The notes under the pieces were generated by a model that saw only the letters and a program-made list of their open reading frames with translations, did not search any database and was not told the origin of the DNA. Of a stretch of DNA of 64,000 nucleotides, positions 1 through 8,753 are shown piece by piece. This DNA is from Bacteroidales bacterium UBA5287 (GTDB lineage Bacteria > Bacteroidota > Bacteroidia > Bacteroidales > Dysgonomonadaceae). The stretch spans positions 926 through 64,925 of the forward strand of contig DHSL01000025.1 of assembly GCA_002411345.1 (NCBI GenBank), written 5' to 3'. Numbering within the stretch: position 1 is the stretch's first letter; each line of letters starts with the position of its first letter. The translations under genes were made by a program, and so were the position numbers.

Positions 1-1
1 T

Positions 2-310
2 GTTTATTACCAGCCAAACTATTTTTTCAATGAGAGCATTCCTTACGAAAGACTACAGGAAACATGTGATAGAGCCCAGAAATTCCAAATGAACTTAGAA
101 ATTGAATTTGATGAAAGAGCATTAAAAAACAATAAAGATTGGGGTTATCGACTAAGAGATTACTTAGATGTCTTTGAGAAAAATAGCGTTTTCGACTCAT
201 TAAAAGTTGCCTATTACCAGGGAGGCGATGCATTTTATCAATTATCCAAATCGAATGAGCCCTCTGATATTAAGCTTCATCAAAGATTAACAGAGGTCAT
301 TTCAAGATGA
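2..310 (+). CDS. 3' end of a gene entering from beyond the left window edge; product unknown
   Basis: The frame of track ORF 89..310 has no stop codon back to nt 2 (read codon by codon). The ATG at 89 is therefore probably internal. Stop TGA at 308-310. Fragment VYYQPNYFFNESIPYERLQETCDRAQKFQMNLEIEFDE...; no family recognised. Confidence 0.45.
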   Translation, partial: VYYQPNYFFNESIPYERLQETCDRAQKFQMNLEIEFDERALKNNKDWGYRLRDYLDVFEKNSVFDSLKVAYYQGGDAFYQLSKSNEPSDIKLHQRLTEVISR

Positions 311-411
311 AAAGTATATGAAATCAACAACAACCAACTATACCTGATAAATATATTCTTCAGGTATAATTTAAACGTTAATATTTTATTTTCCAATAGA
401 AAATTAATAAC

Positions 412-2124
412 ATGAACAGAAGAAACTTTTTAACCTATGCCACTTTGCTAGGCGGCAGTTCAGTCGCACAGGGATTCTCCACAAATCAGAAGATCAACAA
501 ACGATCCAGGAATCAGAATCAATACCTTTCTCATGAGTTACAAGCTGATGTGATAATTATTGGAGGTGGATTGGGAGGCAGTGCCGCTGCTCTTTCCTGT
601 TGTCGTAATGGTTTAAGTGTGATTATGACTGAAGAAACAGACTGGATTGGCGGTCAGGTATCTCAACAGGGAGTTCCTCCCGATGAACACCAGTGGATTG
701 AGACACACGGTGCGCCAGTTTCATATCGTGATTACAGAAATAGAGTTCGTGATTATTACCGGAAAAATTATCCCCTCACTGAATCAGCCCGTAGTCGCAT
801 TAATTTAAACCCAGGAGATGGAAGTGTTTCCAGAATTTGTCACGAGCCAAGAGTTGCTGTATCAGTTTTAACAGATATGCTTTCGCCCTATCTGAGCAAT
901 GGAAAGCTACAGATCCTATTAAATCATAAGGTAAAGAGAGGAGATGTAGAAGGAGATCGGGTGATTAATGTTGAAGTTGAAAATCTGCAAACCGGTAATC
1001 GTATCTTTCTGACCGGAGAATCCTTTGTAGATGCAACAGAGTGCGGTGATTTACTTCCATTGACCGGCACTGAATATGTTACAGGTTCCGAGTCGAAGTT
1101 TGAAACCAAAGAGTTGCATGCATTTGAAAAAGCTGATCCCATGAATAATCAGGCATTTACCGTCTGCTTTGCCATGGACTATCAACCCGGCAGAGACAAT
1201 GTTCAAGATCCCCCAAAAGATTATAACTTTTGGAGAAATTATGTACCGAAGATAACACCCTCGTGGTCCGGAAGATTACTTGATTTAACCTACTCAGATC
1301 CAAGAACATTAAATCCTAAGAAATTAGGATTCGATCCGAATGGTAGTAATATGGAAGGAGTACTCAATCTTTGGAACTATAGACGAATTATCAATCGGAG
1401 CAATTTTGCAGAAGGCACGTATGAAGGAGACATCACCATTGTGAACTGGCCTCAGAATGATTTTTTTCCAGGAAATCTGATTGATGTTTCAGCAAAAGAG
1501 TTTCAACAAAACATAGAAAAAGCCAAACAGTTGAGTCATTCATTATTCTATTGGTTGCAGACCGAAGCACCAAGGCCAGACGGCGGGGTTGGATGGCGGG
1601 GTTTGAGATTGCGCGGTGATATAATGGGAACAGAAGATGGGATGGCAAAATATCCATATATTAGGGAATCGAGGCGCATACGTGCAGAATTCACGGTTTT
1701 AGAAGAGCACGTAGGAGCCGAAAACCGACGATTGGTTGCAGGTGAAATTGAAGGCAAACGTTCAGCTGATTTTTTTGACAGTGTTGGTGTTGGCTATTAT
1801 CATATTGACCTCCATCCCAGCTCAAGAGGAAACAACTATATCGACTTTTCGTCGCTTCCCTTTCAGATACCTTTGGGAGCACTTTTGCCCAAGCGCATTA
1901 ATAATCTTCTACCGGCAAACAAGAATATTGGCACAACCCATATCACTAACGGTTGTTACCGACTTCATCCTGTAGAATGGAGTATTGGTGAAGCAGTCGG
2001 TCAACTTATTGCTTTTTCAAAAAAAGCAAAAGTACCTTTCAGGGCTGTCAGAGAAAAAAGCGAACTTTTATCGGATTATCAACAAATTTTGCACAAGCAA
2101 GGCGTTGAGACAAAGTGGCCCTAA
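412..2124 (+). CDS. Tat-exported FAD-dependent oxidoreductase (FAD_oxidored-like)
   Basis: 570-aa ORF. Twin-arginine signal MNRRNFLTYATLLGGSS. Dinucleotide-binding Rossmann motif DVIIIGGGLGGSAAAL followed by EETDWIGGQ. Confidence 0.7.
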   Translation: MNRRNFLTYATLLGGSSVAQGFSTNQKINKRSRNQNQYLSHELQADVIIIGGGLGGSAAALSCCRNGLSVIMTEETDWIGGQVSQQGVPPDEHQWIETHGAPVSYRDYRNRVRDYYRKNYPLTESARSRINLNPGDGSVSRICHEPRVAVSVLTDMLSPYLSNGKLQILLNHKVKRGDVEGDRVINVEVENLQTGNRIFLTGESFVDATECGDLLPLTGTEYVTGSESKFETKELHAFEKADPMNNQAFTVCFAMDYQPGRDNVQDPPKDYNFWRNYVPKITPSWSGRLLDLTYSDPRTLNPKKLGFDPNGSNMEGVLNLWNYRRIINRSNFAEGTYEGDITIVNWPQNDFFPGNLIDVSAKEFQQNIEKAKQLSHSLFYWLQTEAPRPDGGVGWRGLRLRGDIMGTEDGMAKYPYIRESRRIRAEFTVLEEHVGAENRRLVAGEIEGKRSADFFDSVGVGYYHIDLHPSSRGNNYIDFSSLPFQIPLGALLPKRINNLLPANKNIGTTHITNGCYRLHPVEWSIGEAVGQLIAFSKKAKVPFRAVREKSELLSDYQQILHKQGVETKWP

Positions 2125-2200
2125 ACATGATTAAAGCATACAAAAACTTATTGTAAACATATGCTGATAAAAAAATGGCACAAATATCATTAGAAAACAA

Positions 2201-3253
2201 ATGAGAAATAATTTATCAAGAAGGTCATTTTTAAGAACATTAGGAATGACTGCACTTGGGGTAGGATTTGCGCCTCAAATAATTGCAAATCTTAATGAAG
2301 TAAAAGGAGTAAAGCCAATTGAAGGATCCTGGTTTGAATTCCAACATCACAGTGTTGCAGAGGGAAAATATTGGAATCCAACGTTGATTGATTTTACAGC
2401 CAACCAATGGGATTACAAAATTAAAGAAATCGCACAGTCTGGGATTCGTTACTTAGTTTTGCTTGACACAGCTATTCATAACAAGACCTTTTACCCGTCT
2501 AAACTGCTTCCACAACACCATATGGGATGTGATGACCCATTAGAAGTAGTTTTAAATGCAGCGGACAAATACGGAATTAATTTTTTTATCAGTAACGGTT
2601 TCTATGGTGAATGGACCAATCCTGTTTTATTAATGAGTGATAAAACCATAGAAAAGTTAAGGCTTCAAGCAATGAATGAAATTGCTGAAAAATATGCACA
2701 TCATAAAAGTTTTTATGGCTGGTATTATCCAAATGAAACCGGTATAAACGGTCATTATGATGATATTTTTATGAATTATGTAAATGTTTCATCTGCAGAA
2801 GCAGCAAAACTAACACCAAAAGCCAAAATCCTAATTGCACCATATGGTACAAGAAATGTAATTGAAGATAAGAAATATGTTTATCAATTAGAAAAACTTA
2901 ATGTTGATTTTATTGCATATCAAGACGAAATTGGAGTTGAAAAAACTGCTATTGAAGAGAGTGGTCGATTTTTCGAACGACTATATAATTTACACAAGAA
3001 AGCTGCAAAATCTCGTTTATGGGCTGACATAGAAGTTTTCAAATTTGAAGGTACGGTGTATAAGAGTGCACTTCTTCCTGCTTCTTGGGAACGTGTAGTA
3101 GATCAATTAAAAGCTGTTTCCCCATTTGTAGAAAAGATTCTGATTTATCAGTATATGGGTATGCTCAACAGGCAAGGCACATACTCATTTGCCGGTCATA
3201 CCGATTCTTTTCTCCTATATGAAGGTTTGAAGAATGCCGGATATTTAAAATAA
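2201..3253 (+). CDS. Tat-signal glycoside-hydrolase-like TIM-barrel protein (DUF4434-like)
   Basis: 350-aa ORF. Twin-arginine signal SRRSFLRTLGMTALGVGFA. The N-terminal block GSWFEFQHH...WDYKIKEIAQSGIRYLVLLDTA...TFYPSKLLP matches my recollection of the DUF4434 pattern. Assigned from memory only. Confidence 0.5.
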   Translation: MRNNLSRRSFLRTLGMTALGVGFAPQIIANLNEVKGVKPIEGSWFEFQHHSVAEGKYWNPTLIDFTANQWDYKIKEIAQSGIRYLVLLDTAIHNKTFYPSKLLPQHHMGCDDPLEVVLNAADKYGINFFISNGFYGEWTNPVLLMSDKTIEKLRLQAMNEIAEKYAHHKSFYGWYYPNETGINGHYDDIFMNYVNVSSAEAAKLTPKAKILIAPYGTRNVIEDKKYVYQLEKLNVDFIAYQDEIGVEKTAIEESGRFFERLYNLHKKAAKSRLWADIEVFKFEGTVYKSALLPASWERVVDQLKAVSPFVEKILIYQYMGMLNRQGTYSFAGHTDSFLLYEGLKNAGYLK

Positions 3254-3467
3254 AAAATATCATATGAAATTTTACTTTGGACTGTATGGTTCAGGTCATT
3301 ACAAGACATCTTAAAATATGACACATGAGATTGATGGCAATAAATAGGTAATTGATTAAAATTGGAAAAAATTACGCGTCTAAAATCGGCCTATCTCCAA
3401 GCGGGGAATTTATTCTATAGAGATAAAGAATACTTTAATTATAAACGTGATGAGCTAATAAAATAAT

Positions 3468-3504
3468 GTGGGCAAACGTGAGTTATAAAATTCTGTTTGC
3501 CCAC
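3468..3504. other. 10-bp perfect hairpin in the long intergenic gap (possible terminator or RNA element)
   Basis: GTGGGCAAAC (3468-3477), 17-nt loop, GTTTGCCCAC (3495-3504). There is no T-run on the plus strand. On the minus strand a T-rich tract (ATTATTTTATT) follows. Confidence 0.3.
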
Positions 3505-3751
3505 CTAATTTAATCAACAACCACGTTACTAACACTTTAACCTTATCTTTAAATGTCTTTTTTACTATAAAAAAGATCCTACCATTTTGTTATTAATAAA
3601 TATTAACCTGTTTTATGACTAAAAAAATGAGATCCGTGTTAATTAGTTATTGAAAGGAAGCCATTAATTGTGAACGATTTTGACAAAATTAAATATCAAA
3701 TAGTATAGTCCAAATATCATTTAGGTTAGTGGCAAAAACATTAAAATTTGA

Positions 3752-3759
3752 TAATTTTG
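3752..3759 (+). promoter_or_regulatory. candidate Bacteroidota -7 promoter box (TAnnTTTG) for the 20-kb hydrolase operon
   Basis: TAATTTTG lies 163 nt upstream of the ATG at 3922. I found no clean -33 TTTG at the expected distance. Confidence 0.3.
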
Positions 3760-3921
3760 TTTTGTAGTGTGAAAATTACATTTTAATTAATACCCCTATT
3801 TCGTTAATAAATTTTTCATCATAATATCAACAACAAACAAAATACAGGGATAAATTAGTAAATAATCAACGATGAAAAAACAAGTTATCATTTTAAAATT
3901 TATCCATTAAAAGATTGAATA

Positions 3922-5610
3922 ATGACTCTTAGAAATAAAATAATTATTACGATAATTCTCTTCTGTATCTTATGTTTGAATTGCATTGCTAATTCTGATG
4001 TAGTTGTAAATAATAGAGGATCAGATTCACCGCGAATAATTAATATTATCAATTTTATTCGGCAGACAGATTATCGTGTTGAGAATTCAGACAGTCTTTT
4101 ATTCGAGACTGTAAAAGAGCAGATAAAATTATTGAAAAGATATCATTTACCTGCGACTTTCTTGCTCCAGTACGATGCTTTGATTAATCCTAAATATCAA
4201 GAATTACTAAAGAACAAACTCAGCTCTGATTTTGAAATAGGTGGTTGGTGGGAAATTACCCAACCCCATGTTGAAGCTGCCGGAATAAAATGGCGTGGCG
4301 AGCATTCCTGGGTTTCGCATGCAAATATTGCATTCACAACCGGCTACAGTCCCCAAGAAAGGGAAAAACTGGTAGATGTATATATGAAAAAGTTTAAAGA
4401 GTGTTTTGGTTATTATCCCAAATCTGTTGGTTCCTGGTTTATTGACTCCCACACTCTTTCATATATGTATGAAAAATATAATATTGTTGCATCATGCAAT
4501 TGTAAGGATCAAATTGGTACAGATGGTTACACATTATGGGGAGGTTATTGGAACCAAGCATATTATCCCAGTCGTTTAAATGCATATATGCCAGCTCAAA
4601 CAACTGAGTGTCAAATTCCAGTACCTATATTCCGCATGTTGGGCAGTGATCCAATCTATCAATATGATAATGGATTAGGAGGCAATCGTCAAGGTGTTAT
4701 ATCCCTTGAGCCAGTCTATAATGAATCAGGAAAAAGCAAAAAATGGGTAGAATATTTTTTTGAATCTATTGTTAATCAGCCTAGTTTAGCTTTCAATTAT
4801 GCCCAGGCAGGTCAGGAAAACTCTTTTACCTGGAGTGAAATGCAAGAAGGCTTAAAAATGCAGATACCACTTATAGATTCGCTCAGGAATTTAAAAAAAA
4901 TAAAGGTAGAAACATTAGAGAAATCGGGAACATGGTTTAAGGAACATTTCAATGTAACTCCTCCAACTGCTGTGACCACACTTTCAGACATTAGAAATCA
5001 AAGCAATAAATCCGTTTGGTTCAACAGTCGTTTCTATCGTGTAAATTTGTTATGGAAAGGCAAATCTTTTCGTTTCAGAGACATACATCTGTTTAATGAA
5101 AAATTCGAGTCTCCTTATTTTAGAAAAGCAGGTAATGGAAATCAATTTTTATATTTTACGCTTCCTATTGTTGATGGTTTTATGTGGAGCAGACCTGATG
5201 ATTTAGCAGGGCTACGAATTATGAGAACAGATAAATATGGGAACAAAAAAGAAGTTGCTCTTGACAATCCTGTTGTCACTGAAATCGCGAAGGACGTTTT
5301 AAAAGTAGAGTGTAATGATGAAAAAAGCAATGTTTTCAATATCATTTTCTACGAAGATCATTTTGAAGTATCCTGCAAGACAAAAGAAAAAGATTTTAAT
5401 TGGATACTTGAACTTGTGACAGCATCAGGTATAGAATTACCCTTTAAATCGATAGAAAAACACAAAATAAATGCCGTGTTTAATAATTTTAAATATGGTA
5501 TAACTTGTGATAAAGGATCTGCAAAAAAATCAGAAGATGCATCCGGCGCAGTATTTCAGATTATTCCTTCGAATAATTTACTCATTATTAATTGTACAAA
5601 TTCCAACTAA
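3922..5610 (+). CDS. secreted protein of unrecognised family (candidate carbohydrate-active enzyme), first gene of the operon
   Basis: 562-aa ORF with N-terminal hydrophobic signal MTLRNKIIITIILFCILCLNCIA. It leads a hydrolase operon. The blocks PATFLLQYDAL, GGWWEITQPH and GTDGYTLWGGYWNQAYYPS are reminiscent of a deacetylase/GH57-like barrel, but I cannot name a family. Confidence 0.6.
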   Translation: MTLRNKIIITIILFCILCLNCIANSDVVVNNRGSDSPRIINIINFIRQTDYRVENSDSLLFETVKEQIKLLKRYHLPATFLLQYDALINPKYQELLKNKLSSDFEIGGWWEITQPHVEAAGIKWRGEHSWVSHANIAFTTGYSPQEREKLVDVYMKKFKECFGYYPKSVGSWFIDSHTLSYMYEKYNIVASCNCKDQIGTDGYTLWGGYWNQAYYPSRLNAYMPAQTTECQIPVPIFRMLGSDPIYQYDNGLGGNRQGVISLEPVYNESGKSKKWVEYFFESIVNQPSLAFNYAQAGQENSFTWSEMQEGLKMQIPLIDSLRNLKKIKVETLEKSGTWFKEHFNVTPPTAVTTLSDIRNQSNKSVWFNSRFYRVNLLWKGKSFRFRDIHLFNEKFESPYFRKAGNGNQFLYFTLPIVDGFMWSRPDDLAGLRIMRTDKYGNKKEVALDNPVVTEIAKDVLKVECNDEKSNVFNIIFYEDHFEVSCKTKEKDFNWILELVTASGIELPFKSIEKHKINAVFNNFKYGITCDKGSAKKSEDASGAVFQIIPSNNLLIINCTNSN

Positions 5611-5621
5611 ATAAACTATTG

Positions 5622-8600
5622 ATGAAGACATTTAATTCTTTTTTTATTCTTTTGTTTTTGTTGTTTCCTATTGTTTTGAATTCTCAGAATAATAAGAAAT
5701 ATATAAAAAAGCAGAACAGCTTTGAGAATATAGAAAAGAAGTTCTTAAATCCTGATAATGAATACAAGTCGTGTCCTCTATTAGTTTTTAACGAAATTAT
5801 CACTGAATCTGAAATAGACAGAATGATTGATGATCTAAAGAACAATGGATTTGGAGGTTTTTTTGTTCATCCTCGCCCAGGATTGGTCACCGAATATAAG
5901 TCTGATGAATGGTATTCTCTATTTCAATATGCTGTAATGAAAGGTAAAGAATTGGGTATGGATGTATGGATTTATGATGAGAATTCTTATCCAAGTGGTT
6001 TTGCGGGAGGTCATGTTCCATCACAATTTCCAGAATCTTATAATCAGGGACAAGGATTATTATTAGAGAAAGTAAATTTAATCCCGGAAAACGTCGAACA
6101 ATTTTATTTATGCCTACTAAAGCAAGCCAATTCATTTATAGATATCACACCATCTATAAGTAAATACATTGGCAAAGAAGGAGAATATTATCTATATAAA
6201 AAAACATATTATCAAAAGAGTAATTGGCATGCAGGTTTCTCGTACGTTGATTTGTTAGTACCCGGAGTGACAGAAAAGTTTATTGATGTAACTATGAAAG
6301 GTTACGAAAAATCCATTCAAGAATCATTTGGAAATGTTGTTCCTGGAATTTTCACAGATGAGCCAAATATTGTAACCTCAGGAGGTTTACGATGGACACC
6401 AGATTTATTTGATGTTTTTAAAAAGAAATGGGGATATGATTTACAGCCATATTTGCCACTCTTAAGCGAAGAGATTGGAGAATGGAAGATGGTTCGATAT
6501 CAATATATGGAAACATTACTACAATTATTTGTTGATAGATGGGCTAAGCCATGGTTCAATTATTCAGAGAAACATAATCTCAAATGGACGGGACATTATT
6601 GGGAGCATGGATGGCCAAATATGAATGACGGGCCAGACAATATGGCCATGTATGCATGGCATCAAATGCCTGGTATTGATATGCTTTTCAATCAATTCAA
6701 TGAAACTTCACCTCAAGCACAATTTGGTAATGTCCGCGCGGTAAAAGAATTACGCAGTGTTGCGAATCAGATGGATTACAAACGTACTCTAAGTGAGACC
6801 TATGGTGGAGGAGGATGGGATTTGACTTTCAAAGATTTAAAAAGATTAGGCGATTGGGAATATGTACTTGGTGTAAACTTCATGAATCAGCATTTGTCGC
6901 ATCAAACACTGAGTGGTGCTAGAAAATACGATTATCCTCCAGTTTTCACATATCATTCACCTTGGTGGAATAATTACAAGCCATTAAATGATTATTTTAC
7001 TCGATTATCATTTTTATTAAGCGAAGGCACTCAAAATAATGATATAGTAATTATTGAACCAAACTCAACATTATGGTGCTATTATTCTCATACAGGCAGT
7101 AGCTCAAAATTGATGCCTATTGGTGAAAAATTTCAATCATTTGTCACCACACTTGAGAAGAATCAAGTAGAGTATGACTTAGCTTCTGAGAATATTATTA
7201 AAGATCAAGGATCTATTAATAATAATAATTTTGTTATTGGTAAAGCATCCTATTCAACAGTAATACTCCCTCCATTCACAGAAAATATTAGTCGCCACAC
7301 CTTTTCATTGTTGAAAAATTTCATAATAAATGGAGGACGAGTATTGTGTTTTGATACACCAGACAAAATTGACGGCATTGTTAATAAAGATATTTCAGAA
7401 CTATTAGATTCTAAACTAGTATCTCATTTTGACAGTTTAACTCAGGATGTCATTGAAAGAATAAAATCTGCAAACGATATCGATTTCACCTATAAAGACG
7501 GCAACCTATATCATCATCGGAGAGAATTTTTAGATGGAGAGCTCCTTTTTCTTGTAAATTCATCAATGGATGAAAAAACCGTTGGTCAACTTACAATATC
7601 TAAAGGGAGATCAATATTTGAATTTGATGCTTTTACCGGAAATATTTATTCCTATCCTTTTAAAAAAGATGCAAAAAGACTATTAACTCATTTTGAAATT
7701 GAGCCAGCAGGAAGTTTAATACTTTTCATAAGTGATGATAATGCAAAGAAGTATCCAAAGAAGAAACAGCTTATTGTATCTGAGACCATACCTGCAACAA
7801 CTAAAACCAAGATTAAAAGACTTCAAAACAATGCATTTCCAATTGATTTTTGTGATCTTGTTTTAAATAGTGAGATCATTAAAAATATTCATGTTTCAAA
7901 TGCAGCAGATAGAGTTTTCAGAGCACATGGTTTTGAATCTGGTAATCCGTGGAATACATCCGTGCAATTTAAACGCAATATAATTGAAAGAGATACATTT
8001 ACTTCGGGAGGCTTTTCTGTATTATATCATTTCAAAATTGATAAAATCGTAGATTATTCGACGTTTCAACTCGTTACAGAACGACCACACATATTTTCAG
8101 TCAAAATAAACGGGAAAGAAGTTTCGTCCATACCCAATGAATGGTGGCTTGATAAATCATTTGGTGTTTATAATATTGGTAATACATTAAAAGAAGGTAT
8201 CAATGAAGTAGAATTGACCGTTAAGCCAATGAGAATACTTGCTGAAATTGAACCAGTATATATTCTAGGAGATTTTGGAGTAATACCAGAAAAGAGTGGA
8301 TGGAGTATTTCATCTCCAACCACAGAAATGAATTTTGGAAGTTGGAAAAACCTGCGATTACCTTTTTATTCATGGGATGTAGAATATAGTAAAGAGTATA
8401 ACATGAAGGATATAAAAGGCAATTTTATTGTAAAATTGGGTAAATGGGCAGGAACAGTAGCTGAAGTATATGTGAATAATGAAAAGGTTGGCATTATTGG
8501 TTTTGATCCATTTACTTTGGACATAACACCTTATTTACATTCAGGGAAAAACAATATTGCAATAAGAGTTATTGGTAGTCATAAAAATTTATTAGGTCCT

Positions 8601-8735
8601 CATTATAAAAATCCAGCTAAGGGATTGGCTTCACCATGGCATTGGAAAGGAATAGAGAGACCCATTGCAGGTGAAGATTATCAATTAGTAGATTATGGGT
8701 TTTTTGAAGATTTTGAATTAACGCATGGATTATAG
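5622..8735 (+). CDS. large secreted glycoside hydrolase, GH106-like (candidate alpha-L-rhamnosidase) with C-terminal jelly-roll domains
   Basis: The track ORF starts at a TTG (5592) that overlaps the upstream gene. The ATG at 5622 gives a signal peptide MKTFNSFFILLFLLFPIVLNSQ. The N-terminal block NGFGGFFVHPRPGLVTEYKSDEWY...MDVWIYDENSYPSGFAGGHV and the C-terminal galactose-binding-like block AEVYVNNEKVGII...DITPYLHSGKNNIAIRV fit my recollection of GH106-type proteins. The family call is tentative. Confidence 0.55.
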   Translation: MKTFNSFFILLFLLFPIVLNSQNNKKYIKKQNSFENIEKKFLNPDNEYKSCPLLVFNEIITESEIDRMIDDLKNNGFGGFFVHPRPGLVTEYKSDEWYSLFQYAVMKGKELGMDVWIYDENSYPSGFAGGHVPSQFPESYNQGQGLLLEKVNLIPENVEQFYLCLLKQANSFIDITPSISKYIGKEGEYYLYKKTYYQKSNWHAGFSYVDLLVPGVTEKFIDVTMKGYEKSIQESFGNVVPGIFTDEPNIVTSGGLRWTPDLFDVFKKKWGYDLQPYLPLLSEEIGEWKMVRYQYMETLLQLFVDRWAKPWFNYSEKHNLKWTGHYWEHGWPNMNDGPDNMAMYAWHQMPGIDMLFNQFNETSPQAQFGNVRAVKELRSVANQMDYKRTLSETYGGGGWDLTFKDLKRLGDWEYVLGVNFMNQHLSHQTLSGARKYDYPPVFTYHSPWWNNYKPLNDYFTRLSFLLSEGTQNNDIVIIEPNSTLWCYYSHTGSSSKLMPIGEKFQSFVTTLEKNQVEYDLASENIIKDQGSINNNNFVIGKASYSTVILPPFTENISRHTFSLLKNFIINGGRVLCFDTPDKIDGIVNKDISELLDSKLVSHFDSLTQDVIERIKSANDIDFTYKDGNLYHHRREFLDGELLFLVNSSMDEKTVGQLTISKGRSIFEFDAFTGNIYSYPFKKDAKRLLTHFEIEPAGSLILFISDDNAKKYPKKKQLIVSETIPATTKTKIKRLQNNAFPIDFCDLVLNSEIIKNIHVSNAADRVFRAHGFESGNPWNTSVQFKRNIIERDTFTSGGFSVLYHFKIDKIVDYSTFQLVTERPHIFSVKINGKEVSSIPNEWWLDKSFGVYNIGNTLKEGINEVELTVKPMRILAEIEPVYILGDFGVIPEKSGWSISSPTTEMNFGSWKNLRLPFYSWDVEYSKEYNMKDIKGNFIVKLGKWAGTVAEVYVNNEKVGIIGFDPFTLDITPYLHSGKNNIAIRVIGSHKNLLGPHYKNPAKGLASPWHWKGIERPIAGEDYQLVDYGFFEDFELTHGL

Positions 8736-8753
8736 AATTTAATTAATGAAAAA

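Noticed and set aside
341-366. Hairpin TACCTGA-12 nt-TCAGGTA after the first gene fragment, considered as a terminator.
   Set aside because: It has only a 7-bp stem, a long loop and no clear T-run. It is too weak to report as a feature.
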